Origin: a virus
DNA length: 14,943 bases
Reading direction: 5' to 3' (one strand)
Virus genome (UHGV): UHGV-1730386
Shown: in pieces, positions 7,117-13,666 of the stretch
Layout: every line of letters begins with the position of its first letter
Numbering within the stretch: position 1 is the first letter of the stretch
The notes under the pieces: generated by a model
Database searches by the model: none
The model's input: the letters and a program-made list of their open reading frames with translations, nothing else
What the model was told of the DNA's origin: nothing
Program-made: the position numbers and the translations under genes

Positions 7117-9097
7117 ACCAAGAAAATTGAAAGAAGCTGGTCAATTTGTAGGTCATTGTGCATGTCCTAAATGTGATTCTTCAGATGCAGGTTCAATTTA
7201 TCATCACGACGACGACTCATATTCAATGACTTGTTTTAGTTGTGGTAAAGGTTTTCCAGAGTGGGATTTTGATAAAGGTCAAATTGTGAGCACAATGTCC
7301 ACAGGTTCTGATAGTAAAAATCGTAAGTTTCGTGGTATGGATTTAGATGATGTTAAAGAAAACCTCGAAGCAATGGATTTAAAAGACAGGAAGATTCCTG
7401 CAAAGGTTTTAGAACGTCTTGGTATTAAAGTTGACGTAGATGAGAATGGAGATATTGACGCTCATTTCTATCCAACTTATAAGAAGGATGAAGATGGGAA
7501 ATTGAAGCATGTTGGTTATCGAGTTCGTCACAAATACCCTGATGACCACCCTAAAGAACAGCTTCGTGGTAAGTTAAAAGACTTCTCAGGCGGTGTAGGT
7601 GATATTAAAGGTGAACTGGCGATGTTCGGTTCATGGATTGCACCTGAAGGTGGTAATCGCTTATTCATCTGGGAAGGTGAGATGGAATGTGCTACAGCAG
7701 TCTATATGACTTCTTTAGCAATTAAGGATAAGTCACGTAGAAAGAACTACTGTCACGTATCTGTCCCATCTGGTGCAAACGTTAAGTCTATCAAGGAGAA
7801 CTATCAGTACATCACATCCTTTGATGAGATTTACCTTTGCTTCGACAACGATGAAGCAGGTGCTAAGGTAACTAAGGAAGCTGCTGGTATCCTTCCTATT
7901 GAAAAGGTTCGACTGTTCCAGTATCCTGAAGGTGTTAAAGACCTTAGCGAGTGGTGGACTAAATTCTTTAAAGACAAAGATACAGTCTTAGAAGGGTTTA
8001 AGCAGAGAATCTATAATGCACCTCGTTACTGCCCTGCTGGTATTAAGAACTTTGCAGACGGTTTCGAAGCAATGAAGAATCGTGGTCAGATTCCTTTGAT
8101 TCCTTTTCCAGAATCTTTCGGGGATTTGAACAAGTTAACTTATGGTGGTTATGGGTTAGGCGAAATCACTACACTGGCTGCACCGTCATCTGTTGGTAAA
8201 TCTGCCTATACTCGTGAAATGATTTATACAGCATGGAAAGATACTGAGTACAACATTGGTGTAATTCCTGTAGAAGATACTTACGAAGAACTTATGGAAA
8301 TGCTCTGTGCAATCCATCTAAGTAAGCAGATTTCAGAGATTCCTTACGATGAGCGAGATTGGGATGAGCTAAAAGGAGCACATGCGGATTTGTCAAAAGG
8401 TCGTCGTATTCACATCGTAGACCATCAAGGGGCAATTGACCAAGACAACTTGCTAGAATTTGTTGACTATCTTGTTAACAGTCTTGATTGTAAGATTATC
8501 ATCCTTGACCCAATTACATTGGCTTTGTCACGCTCTGATACTGACGAAGAAGAAGTCCTGTCTGAACTGTTGCGTCGTTGCAAGCGTTATCAGTATGCTC
8601 AGGTAAACGTATGTCACGTTCGTAAGAGCGCAGGTGGTCAGAAAGCTAACTCTGAAGGTGGAGATATCTCTGAAGAAGATATCAAGGGTTCTGGTGCATA
8701 CTTCCAGATTTCTATGAACAACATTTTGTTAATGCGCAACAAGGTTGACCCAGACCCTGTTAAGAAAAACTTGACAAAAATCAAGTTAACTAAATGTCGT
8801 CGTCATGGTAAATCCACTGGTATTGCTGGTCACACTTGGTATAATCCAGAAACAGGCCGTCTTATCAAGGCTGCTGGTTGTGGTGTTGATATTGATGGTG
8901 CAGCAGAGAATATCCGTCAGCAGTATGGTATTGGTGATGCTGAAGACCATTACGATGATACCATGCCACACTATGAAGATGAAGCATTTGACCGTGATAC
9001 TGGAGAGTTGTATACTCAAGAGCAACGTCAGAGTTCTACAATTCCTCCTGCAATCAATGAGGATGGTGATGATGACTGCCCGTTTGAAACTGACTGA
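7109..9097 (+). CDS. bifunctional DNA primase-helicase (T7 gp4-like: zinc ribbon, TOPRIM primase, DnaB-family helicase)
   Basis: 662 aa. N-terminal zinc ribbon CACPKCDS...CFSCGKG. TOPRIM acidic motifs WEGEMECA and CFDNDEAG. Helicase Walker A AAPSSVGKSAY and Walker B IIILDPIT. Acidic C-terminus ending DDDCPFETD. Confidence 0.9.
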   Translation: MAKPRKLKEAGQFVGHCACPKCDSSDAGSIYHHDDDSYSMTCFSCGKGFPEWDFDKGQIVSTMSTGSDSKNRKFRGMDLDDVKENLEAMDLKDRKIPAKVLERLGIKVDVDENGDIDAHFYPTYKKDEDGKLKHVGYRVRHKYPDDHPKEQLRGKLKDFSGGVGDIKGELAMFGSWIAPEGGNRLFIWEGEMECATAVYMTSLAIKDKSRRKNYCHVSVPSGANVKSIKENYQYITSFDEIYLCFDNDEAGAKVTKEAAGILPIEKVRLFQYPEGVKDLSEWWTKFFKDKDTVLEGFKQRIYNAPRYCPAGIKNFADGFEAMKNRGQIPLIPFPESFGDLNKLTYGGYGLGEITTLAAPSSVGKSAYTREMIYTAWKDTEYNIGVIPVEDTYEELMEMLCAIHLSKQISEIPYDERDWDELKGAHADLSKGRRIHIVDHQGAIDQDNLLEFVDYLVNSLDCKIIILDPITLALSRSDTDEEEVLSELLRRCKRYQYAQVNVCHVRKSAGGQKANSEGGDISEEDIKGSGAYFQISMNNILLMRNKVDPDPVKKNLTKIKLTKCRRHGKSTGIAGHTWYNPETGRLIKAAGCGVDIDGAAENIRQQYGIGDAEDHYDDTMPHYEDEAFDRDTGELYTQEQRQSSTIPPAINEDGDDDCPFETD

Positions 9098-9350
9098 TAG
9101 TTATCTGAAGGAGGGCATCACGCCCTTCTATTCAGAAAATAGCACTAAAAAATTTGCAAAAGATTGCTTGACTAAGATTGAAGAGTTCGCTAAAGTACTA
9201 ATCAACAAGGGGCATGATGTTACTTATGAACATGAAAGCCGTGAAGATAAAGACTTGTTTGCACTGTCAATTGACAAAGCTGAAACAATTTATCTTTTTA
9301 CCTTGACTTTAAAAACATTTGAATATGAAATATATCGGAGCACAAAATGA
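9072..9350 (+). CDS. hypothetical protein (about 92 aa; start uncertain, overlaps the primase-helicase 3' end)
   Basis: The frame is open from inside the helicase gene to TGA 9348..9350. The only ATGs are at 9057/9063/9069/9072, before the helicase stop; GAGGA at 9060..9064 sits upstream of 9072. Its stop overlaps the next ATG (ATGA at 9347..9350). The track ORF 8805..9350 is an over-extension. Confidence 0.3.
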   Translation: MTARLKLTDSYLKEGITPFYSENSTKKFAKDCLTKIEEFAKVLINKGHDVTYEHESREDKDLFALSIDKAETIYLFTLTLKTFEYEIYRSTK

Positions 9351-9484
9351 AACACTCTAAAGCATTTGAAGCAGTATTTGGAGATTCCCTGAAAGCAACT
9401 GCTGGTAAGTCTGCTGAACATTACAAAACGAAGCGAGTTCGCACTGGTAAGACTGCTCGTAAAGCTGCCAAGAAAGCTGCTTAA
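9347..9484 (+). CDS. hypothetical small Lys/Ala-rich basic protein (45 aa)
   Basis: MKHSKAFEAVFGDSLKATAGKSAEHYKTKRVRTGKTARKAAKKAA. GGAG at 9337..9340 lies 6 nt upstream of the ATG, which overlaps the upstream stop. Below the length cut-off of the supplied track. Confidence 0.4.
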   Translation: MKHSKAFEAVFGDSLKATAGKSAEHYKTKRVRTGKTARKAAKKAA

Positions 9485-9489
9485 AATGT

Positions 9490-9518
9490 TTGACATGGGG
9501 GTATGAAGCATGTAAGAT
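9490..9518 (+). promoter_or_regulatory. candidate sigma70-like promoter upstream of the SSB-like gene (TTGACA-N17-TAAGAT)
   Basis: Perfect -35 TTGACA at 9490..9495, a 17-nt spacer, then TAAGAT at 9513..9518 (4/6 to TATAAT). Downstream RBS AGAAAGAGG precedes ATG 9572. Sequence match only. Confidence 0.4.
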
Positions 9519-9571
9519 TGTACTCCCAATAAGATTTGAATTGATAGTTAATTTGAGAAAGAGGTATTAAA

Positions 9572-10426
9572 ATGTCTAAAGTTGTTAAAATGAAATCTCC
9601 GGTAGAAAAATACAACGGTAAAGAACTTGAAACTTATCGTTACCTGCTGAAAGATGTTTGGTTCTACTACTTGAATACTATTCCACGTCCTCAGAAGGGC
9701 AAGTCTGTAGACAAACATTTCCCAGGCAAAGACTGTAATTACAGCGTTTCAATTCTGGCAAAAGACGGTAACAAGCTCTTTAAAGAGTTCACCAAGTCTA
9801 AAAAAAATCCAGATGGTTGGGATAAGGTCACTACAGAGACTGTTGATGCAGATGACTTTGAAGAGAAGTTTGGTTGTGAGCCTCCATTCGAAGCTGACAC
9901 TTATTACATCCTGAAGGTTAGCCGTTCAGCAGCTTACAAAGATGGTGCTGTATGGTCAGCAAAACAGAGTTTCCCTGTGATGCTGGTTGAAGAACTGAAC
10001 GGTAAACGTGTTGCGGTTAAGCAACCTATGAAGAAAATTAAGGCAGCAAAATCTGACAAGCATGACGATGACAAGACTTACGATGTTGTCTGTCCAGATA
10101 TTGCAGTCGGTAATGGTTCTTTTGGTAGTGTGATTCTTTCGACTCACTTCTACACCTTCGAAGGTAACGTTCTAACTAAGCCAATTCAGGAGCAGTTTAT
10201 CATTGATACTCTGGTTCCATACACTGGTGGTACTGGTGGTGCAACCGAGACTGAACTTGATGAAGACGAACTGGCACTGCTTGGTCTCGCAGGTGTTGAA
10301 GACAACGGTGAAATCTCTGAAGAAGATGCAAAAGATTCTGATGATGATAAAGGTGGTGACGACGATGACGACGACCTGCCAACACCGGATGATGACGACG
10401 AAGACTTCGAGACTGACGACGAATAA
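9572..10426 (+). CDS. putative single-stranded DNA-binding protein with acidic C-terminal tail (T7 gp2.5-like architecture)
   Basis: 284 aa with a long poly-Asp/Glu tail ending DDDDDDLPTPDDDDEDFETDDE. Sits between primase-helicase and exonuclease, as in T7-like replication modules. Has the best promoter-like sequence in the window upstream and a terminator downstream. Call rests on architecture and position, not on sequence identity. Confidence 0.5.
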   Translation: MSKVVKMKSPVEKYNGKELETYRYLLKDVWFYYLNTIPRPQKGKSVDKHFPGKDCNYSVSILAKDGNKLFKEFTKSKKNPDGWDKVTTETVDADDFEEKFGCEPPFEADTYYILKVSRSAAYKDGAVWSAKQSFPVMLVEELNGKRVAVKQPMKKIKAAKSDKHDDDKTYDVVCPDIAVGNGSFGSVILSTHFYTFEGNVLTKPIQEQFIIDTLVPYTGGTGGATETELDEDELALLGLAGVEDNGEISEEDAKDSDDDKGGDDDDDDLPTPDDDDEDFETDDE

Positions 10427-10446
10427 TAGTCAGTAACTAATACAAA

Positions 10447-10474
10447 GCCCTGTACAGAACGTATAGGGCTTTTT
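10447..10474 (+). terminator. candidate rho-independent terminator after the SSB-like gene
   Basis: Stem GCCCTGTAC (10447..10455) pairs with GTATAGGGC (10461..10469), 9 bp including one G-U, around a 5-nt loop AGAAC, followed by TTTTT (10470..10474). Confidence 0.5.
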
Positions 10475-10488
10475 CGTATGGAGGTACA

Positions 10489-11529
10489 ATGAATCAGTAT
10501 ACACTTACAAAGCTCCCAGAAAGCGTTACACACGTCTTCATTGACGCAGACAGCATTGCTTACAAGGGTGCTTGTGTAGTTGAAAAAGCAAAGTACAAGT
10601 ATGTGAATAAACTTACCGCTGAAGAGTCTGATGACTTTGATAGTGCTAAGTTAGCTTCACAATGGTTAGCTGACCAGAGAGTTCTTACAGAGGAACTTGG
10701 ACTTGACTTTGATGAAGATGAGTGGGAAAGACAGACTTGGAAGGAAGCCAAGAGCGAAAAAGAAGCTATTATGGCAACTCAGCAGGTTCTTCAAGAATGG
10801 CTTAAAGTTGTCGGTAAAGAGCGTCAATGGATGGGTTACCTGACTGAGAAGGGTGTTCACAAACACAAAGACATTAAAGGTCTTGAACATCAATATCAAG
10901 GTAACAGGAAAGATGCGGTGACACCTACGCACCTAGTTGCTTGTCGTGAGTATCTTCTGTCACGACCTGAGTTTAAGCTTCTCAAAGGTGGCTTTGAAGC
11001 TGACTCAATCGTTATTGCAAAAGCTGAAAAGATGGGTAAAAAAGCTGCTCTTATGAGTATTGATAAAGACCTTCGTCAAGCTGAAGGTACATATTGTATT
11101 GATATGACTTATGAGAAAGCACCACTTATCTTTATTGCTGATAATAACATTGGAGAGATTTGGGATTGCCCTATCAAATCCAAACCAAAAGCTAAGAAGA
11201 CAGTCGGAGTAGGCTTCAAATTCCTCTGCTATCAAGCTGTAGCAGGTGATAATGCAGATAACTACTTTGGCCTTAAGGGTGCTGGTAAAGTTGCTGTAAT
11301 GAACGCTCTGGAAGGTAAAACAACCTATAGAGAATGTTTAGATGCTGTTTATGAGTTGTATGCAAAGAAAGACTCTTACACCTATGTGTCGTGGGACGGT
11401 CAAACAATTACCAGAACACCTTTAGAGTTAATGCACCAGCACTTCTGGATTGCATACCAAGAGCGAAATCCAAAGGATGATTTCACGTTTGAAAAATATG
11501 GATGGGAGCCTACTATGAATGAAGATTAA
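10489..11529 (+). CDS. 5'-3' exonuclease / flap endonuclease (T7 gp6 / RNase H-like, PIN-fold family)
   Basis: 346 aa. N-terminal acidic motif VFIDADSIAYKG, central IDKDLRQAEG, and C-terminal AGDNADNYFGLKGAGKVAV, arranged like the metal-binding Asp clusters and helix-hairpin-helix region of phage 5'-3' exonucleases. GGAGG RBS at 10480..10484. Confidence 0.7.
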   Translation: MNQYTLTKLPESVTHVFIDADSIAYKGACVVEKAKYKYVNKLTAEESDDFDSAKLASQWLADQRVLTEELGLDFDEDEWERQTWKEAKSEKEAIMATQQVLQEWLKVVGKERQWMGYLTEKGVHKHKDIKGLEHQYQGNRKDAVTPTHLVACREYLLSRPEFKLLKGGFEADSIVIAKAEKMGKKAALMSIDKDLRQAEGTYCIDMTYEKAPLIFIADNNIGEIWDCPIKSKPKAKKTVGVGFKFLCYQAVAGDNADNYFGLKGAGKVAVMNALEGKTTYRECLDAVYELYAKKDSYTYVSWDGQTITRTPLELMHQHFWIAYQERNPKDDFTFEKYGWEPTMNED

Positions 11530-12028
11530 AGGTTTCGGTAATTGTCCTGTTTATGGTCATTGGGTATCTTTATGCGGGGAAGTTGACCCCGCTAAACTGT
11601 TCGGGTTTGTCTACCTAGTCTATTGTAAGAAAACTGGACAGTATTACATTGGTAAAAAACAGTTCAATAGTATCACTAAGAAGAAGGTTGCTGGAAAGAC
11701 CAGACGTAAGGTTGTCACCAAAGAGAGTGACTGGATGGTTTACCAGACTTCTTCTGAGTACATTAAGAAAGATATTGAAGCTTTTGGTATGAAAGAGTTT
11801 GACTTCTACATTGTGCAAACCTATTATACACGAGGTGGATTAGTCTACGGAGAAGCAAATCTCCAACATAAGTTCGATGTTATGACAAAAAGGATTGACT
11901 CGAAACTCAGACTCTTCTACAATGCCAATATTGCAGCTATCAAGTTCCTTACAAAAGAAACTTATGAAGAAGCTGAGAAACGTATTAACAAAATCATGAA
12001 ACTTAACGAGAGAGAAAATCATGTTTAA
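11519..12028 (+). CDS. putative GIY-YIG family nuclease (single-domain, 169 aa)
   Basis: FGFVYLVYCKKTGQYYIGKKQF matches the GIY-(10-11 aa)-YIG pattern with VYL replacing GIY. It is followed by a basic stretch with Arg (KTRRK), then FDFYIVQ, a conserved-position Glu (GEANL) and YNAN (the GYN-like Asn). Start overlaps the exonuclease stop by 11 nt. Confidence 0.5.
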   Translation: MKIKGFGNCPVYGHWVSLCGEVDPAKLFGFVYLVYCKKTGQYYIGKKQFNSITKKKVAGKTRRKVVTKESDWMVYQTSSEYIKKDIEAFGMKEFDFYIVQTYYTRGGLVYGEANLQHKFDVMTKRIDSKLRLFYNANIAAIKFLTKETYEEAEKRINKIMKLNERENHV

Positions 12029-12230
12029 AGCTATCAAGCACGACCATCAAGCTAAAATCGAAGCTGGCTTGGATAATCTGAAGACGGTTATTGCAAAGGC
12101 TAAAGAAGCCACTGAAACAGAGATGGATGCTCTGGAGTCTCAAATTCAGCACCTGATTAACAAACGTGTTGAACTGAAAGCCCGTCTGGATTATATTTTG
12201 TCTAAACAGGAATTATTTCAGGAGGTTTAA
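12021..12230 (+). CDS. hypothetical small coiled-coil protein (69 aa)
   Basis: Start overlaps the upstream stop (ATGTTTAA) and stop overlaps the next start (TAATG at 12228..12232). Heptad-like charged sequence (KIEAGLDNLKTVIAKAKEATETEMDALESQIQHLINKRVELKARLDYIL). Confidence 0.5.
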   Translation: MFKAIKHDHQAKIEAGLDNLKTVIAKAKEATETEMDALESQIQHLINKRVELKARLDYILSKQELFQEV

Positions 12231-12985
12231 TGTTTAATTCCAGAGAATCCGTAGTAAATTGGAATCTTCGTTGTGGTAATACTCCAAAGGTTCTATACAG
12301 CCCTGAATATTGGGAATCACTGAAGAGTCAATCTCTTTGTATGTTGGAAGAAGCTAAAGAGTTAGTGGCAGCAGTTGAAGCAAAAGACCCTGTTGAAACT
12401 CTTGATGCTCAGGCTGATTTGCAGTATGTTTTAGATGGTTTGGTATTCTTGTCACAGCATGACCACGATGGTGCTATGGAAGCTGTTTGCCAGAATAACA
12501 ACCTGAAATATACAGATAGCTATCAAGAAGCTGTACAACGTATGTTTGACATTGAGAAACGTACTGGTGATGAATGCTATCTACGTCCGTCAATGGTTGA
12601 AGGTAAAGAGTGGTTTGCAGTAGTACGTAAATCAGATGGTAAGATTATGAAGCAGTCTAATCTCCCAAAAGTTCAGCTTGCAGAGTTTATCGCAGAGGTT
12701 GAATCTAAAGAGTTATTCGTGGTAGTATCTGACACATGTGTTATCTGTCAGGGCTTACTAGGAAGTCTGAGAAGCCTTGGTGTAGATAACTTCACAGAAA
12801 TTACTCCAATCAGTTCTAAAGCTGATAGAGATTTCTGTAGAGATAATGACTTGTGGGTTGCAGATATCGTTTACTACGATGGTGAGAAGTTCCATACGAC
12901 CTCATACCCGAAGTTGAACTATGATGCAAATAACCTGAAGAATTGGTTAAAAGGGGTAGGTTATAATGGATTCACAGAACACTAA
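12230..12985 (+). CDS. hypothetical two-domain protein: N-terminal MazG-like all-alpha NTP pyrophosphatase-like region plus C-terminal glutaredoxin/thioredoxin-fold-like region (CVIC)
   Basis: 251 aa. N-terminal LEEAKELVAAVEAKDPVETLDAQADLQYVLDGLVFL resembles the EExxE...D acidic helices of MazG/HisE-like proteins. C-terminal KELFVVVSDTCVICQGLLGSLRSLGVDNFTEI...DLWVADIVYYDGEKF resembles a glutaredoxin/NrdH beta-alpha-beta unit with a CxxC. CAGGAGG RBS at 12217..12223. Domain calls are pattern-level only. Confidence 0.4.
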   Translation: MFNSRESVVNWNLRCGNTPKVLYSPEYWESLKSQSLCMLEEAKELVAAVEAKDPVETLDAQADLQYVLDGLVFLSQHDHDGAMEAVCQNNNLKYTDSYQEAVQRMFDIEKRTGDECYLRPSMVEGKEWFAVVRKSDGKIMKQSNLPKVQLAEFIAEVESKELFVVVSDTCVICQGLLGSLRSLGVDNFTEITPISSKADRDFCRDNDLWVADIVYYDGEKFHTTSYPKLNYDANNLKNWLKGVGYNGFTEH

Positions 12986-13289
12986 TAAAGCAGAGGTGGC
13001 TCAGGAGAGCCATTTCTCAAACTATAATATTTCTATGACAGTATTCATGAATGATTCACTGTTAGCGAAATATGGTGAAACTCCAGATACACTTCTGGAT
13101 AACGAACAAGTTCTTAAAGCTGTCCTGTACAAATATGGCTTTAACATTGATAAAAAGTTCTCTTATGAGATTTGTCAGCACAGAAATACTTATGGTCAAG
13201 TAGTTGTAGCTCCTCTGTTTATTGGTGTAGAACGCACAGATGAGCAGTGGACTTATTTAAAACGAAATCTGGATAGATACCATGTCTAA
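12966..13289 (+). CDS. hypothetical protein (107 aa)
   Basis: ATG at 12966 is preceded by GGGGTAGG and overlaps the 3' end of the upstream gene by 20 nt. No motif recognised. Confidence 0.5.
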   Translation: MDSQNTNKAEVAQESHFSNYNISMTVFMNDSLLAKYGETPDTLLDNEQVLKAVLYKYGFNIDKKFSYEICQHRNTYGQVVVAPLFIGVERTDEQWTYLKRNLDRYHV

Positions 13290-13617
13290 AGCTAAAAAGT
13301 TGACTATTGAAGATGTTAAATCTGGTGTAGAACTAGGTGTTGACAAATATGGAGAACCACTCCACTTCGGTGACTTTGTAATGTATACAGAAGATTGCAA
13401 AGGTCGTAGTGATATTAAGTTTGGTCGTGTTGTTTCTAAAGTTCGTGGTAACTTTTCAATTGCAAGGATTGATGACAATATCCATGAAAAACTTGAAAGA
13501 ATCTTCAGTGACCAATATGGTAGCTGGTATTGCAATGCAATGTCTAAAGGCTCAATTACCAAAGTATCTCAAAGATTCTACGAACTCTGGGATAATCAAA
13601 AGATTTTTAGCATTTAA
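13282..13617 (+). CDS. hypothetical protein (111 aa)
   Basis: ATG 13282 overlaps the upstream stop (ATGTCTAA). Followed directly by a strong hairpin terminator. No motif recognised. Confidence 0.55.
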   Translation: MSKAKKLTIEDVKSGVELGVDKYGEPLHFGDFVMYTEDCKGRSDIKFGRVVSKVRGNFSIARIDDNIHEKLERIFSDQYGSWYCNAMSKGSITKVSQRFYELWDNQKIFSI

Positions 13618-13624
13618 TCTCTAA

Positions 13625-13647
13625 GGGGTCTCTTCGGAGACCCTTTT
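13625..13647 (+). terminator. rho-independent terminator (GGGTCTC-TTCG-GAGACCC followed by TTTT)
   Basis: Perfect 7-bp GC-rich stem (13626..13632 with 13637..13643) closing a TTCG tetraloop, then TTTT at 13644..13647. Lies 8 nt after the stop of ORF 13282..13617 and 20 nt before the nrdA start. Confidence 0.65.
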
Positions 13648-13666
13648 CACCTGTAGGATTCAAATA

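Noticed and set aside
8805-9056. N-terminal 84 codons of track ORF 8805..9350
   Set aside because: This part is an alternative frame inside the helicase gene, translating to hydrophobic junk; only the portion from about 9057 onward is plausible coding.
10186-10533. 115-aa Ser-rich minus-strand ORF (and the 61-aa and 77-aa ORFs at 10200..10436)
   Set aside because: They are the antisense or off-frame readings of the GAT/GAC-rich sequence encoding the SSB acidic tail; low-complexity artefacts.
4690-13349. TTGACAA heptamer recurring inside coding regions (6530, 8771, 9270, 13343) as a phage-specific promoter motif
   Set aside because: None of the intragenic copies has a recognisable -10 at 16 to 18 bp spacing and the count in an AT-rich 15-kb window is not clearly above chance; only the intergenic copies are reported.
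13257-13624. 101-aa minus ORF and 71-aa plus ORF overlapping ORF 13282..13617
   Set aside because: Off-frame or antisense to a better-supported ORF with a coupled start and a downstream terminator.
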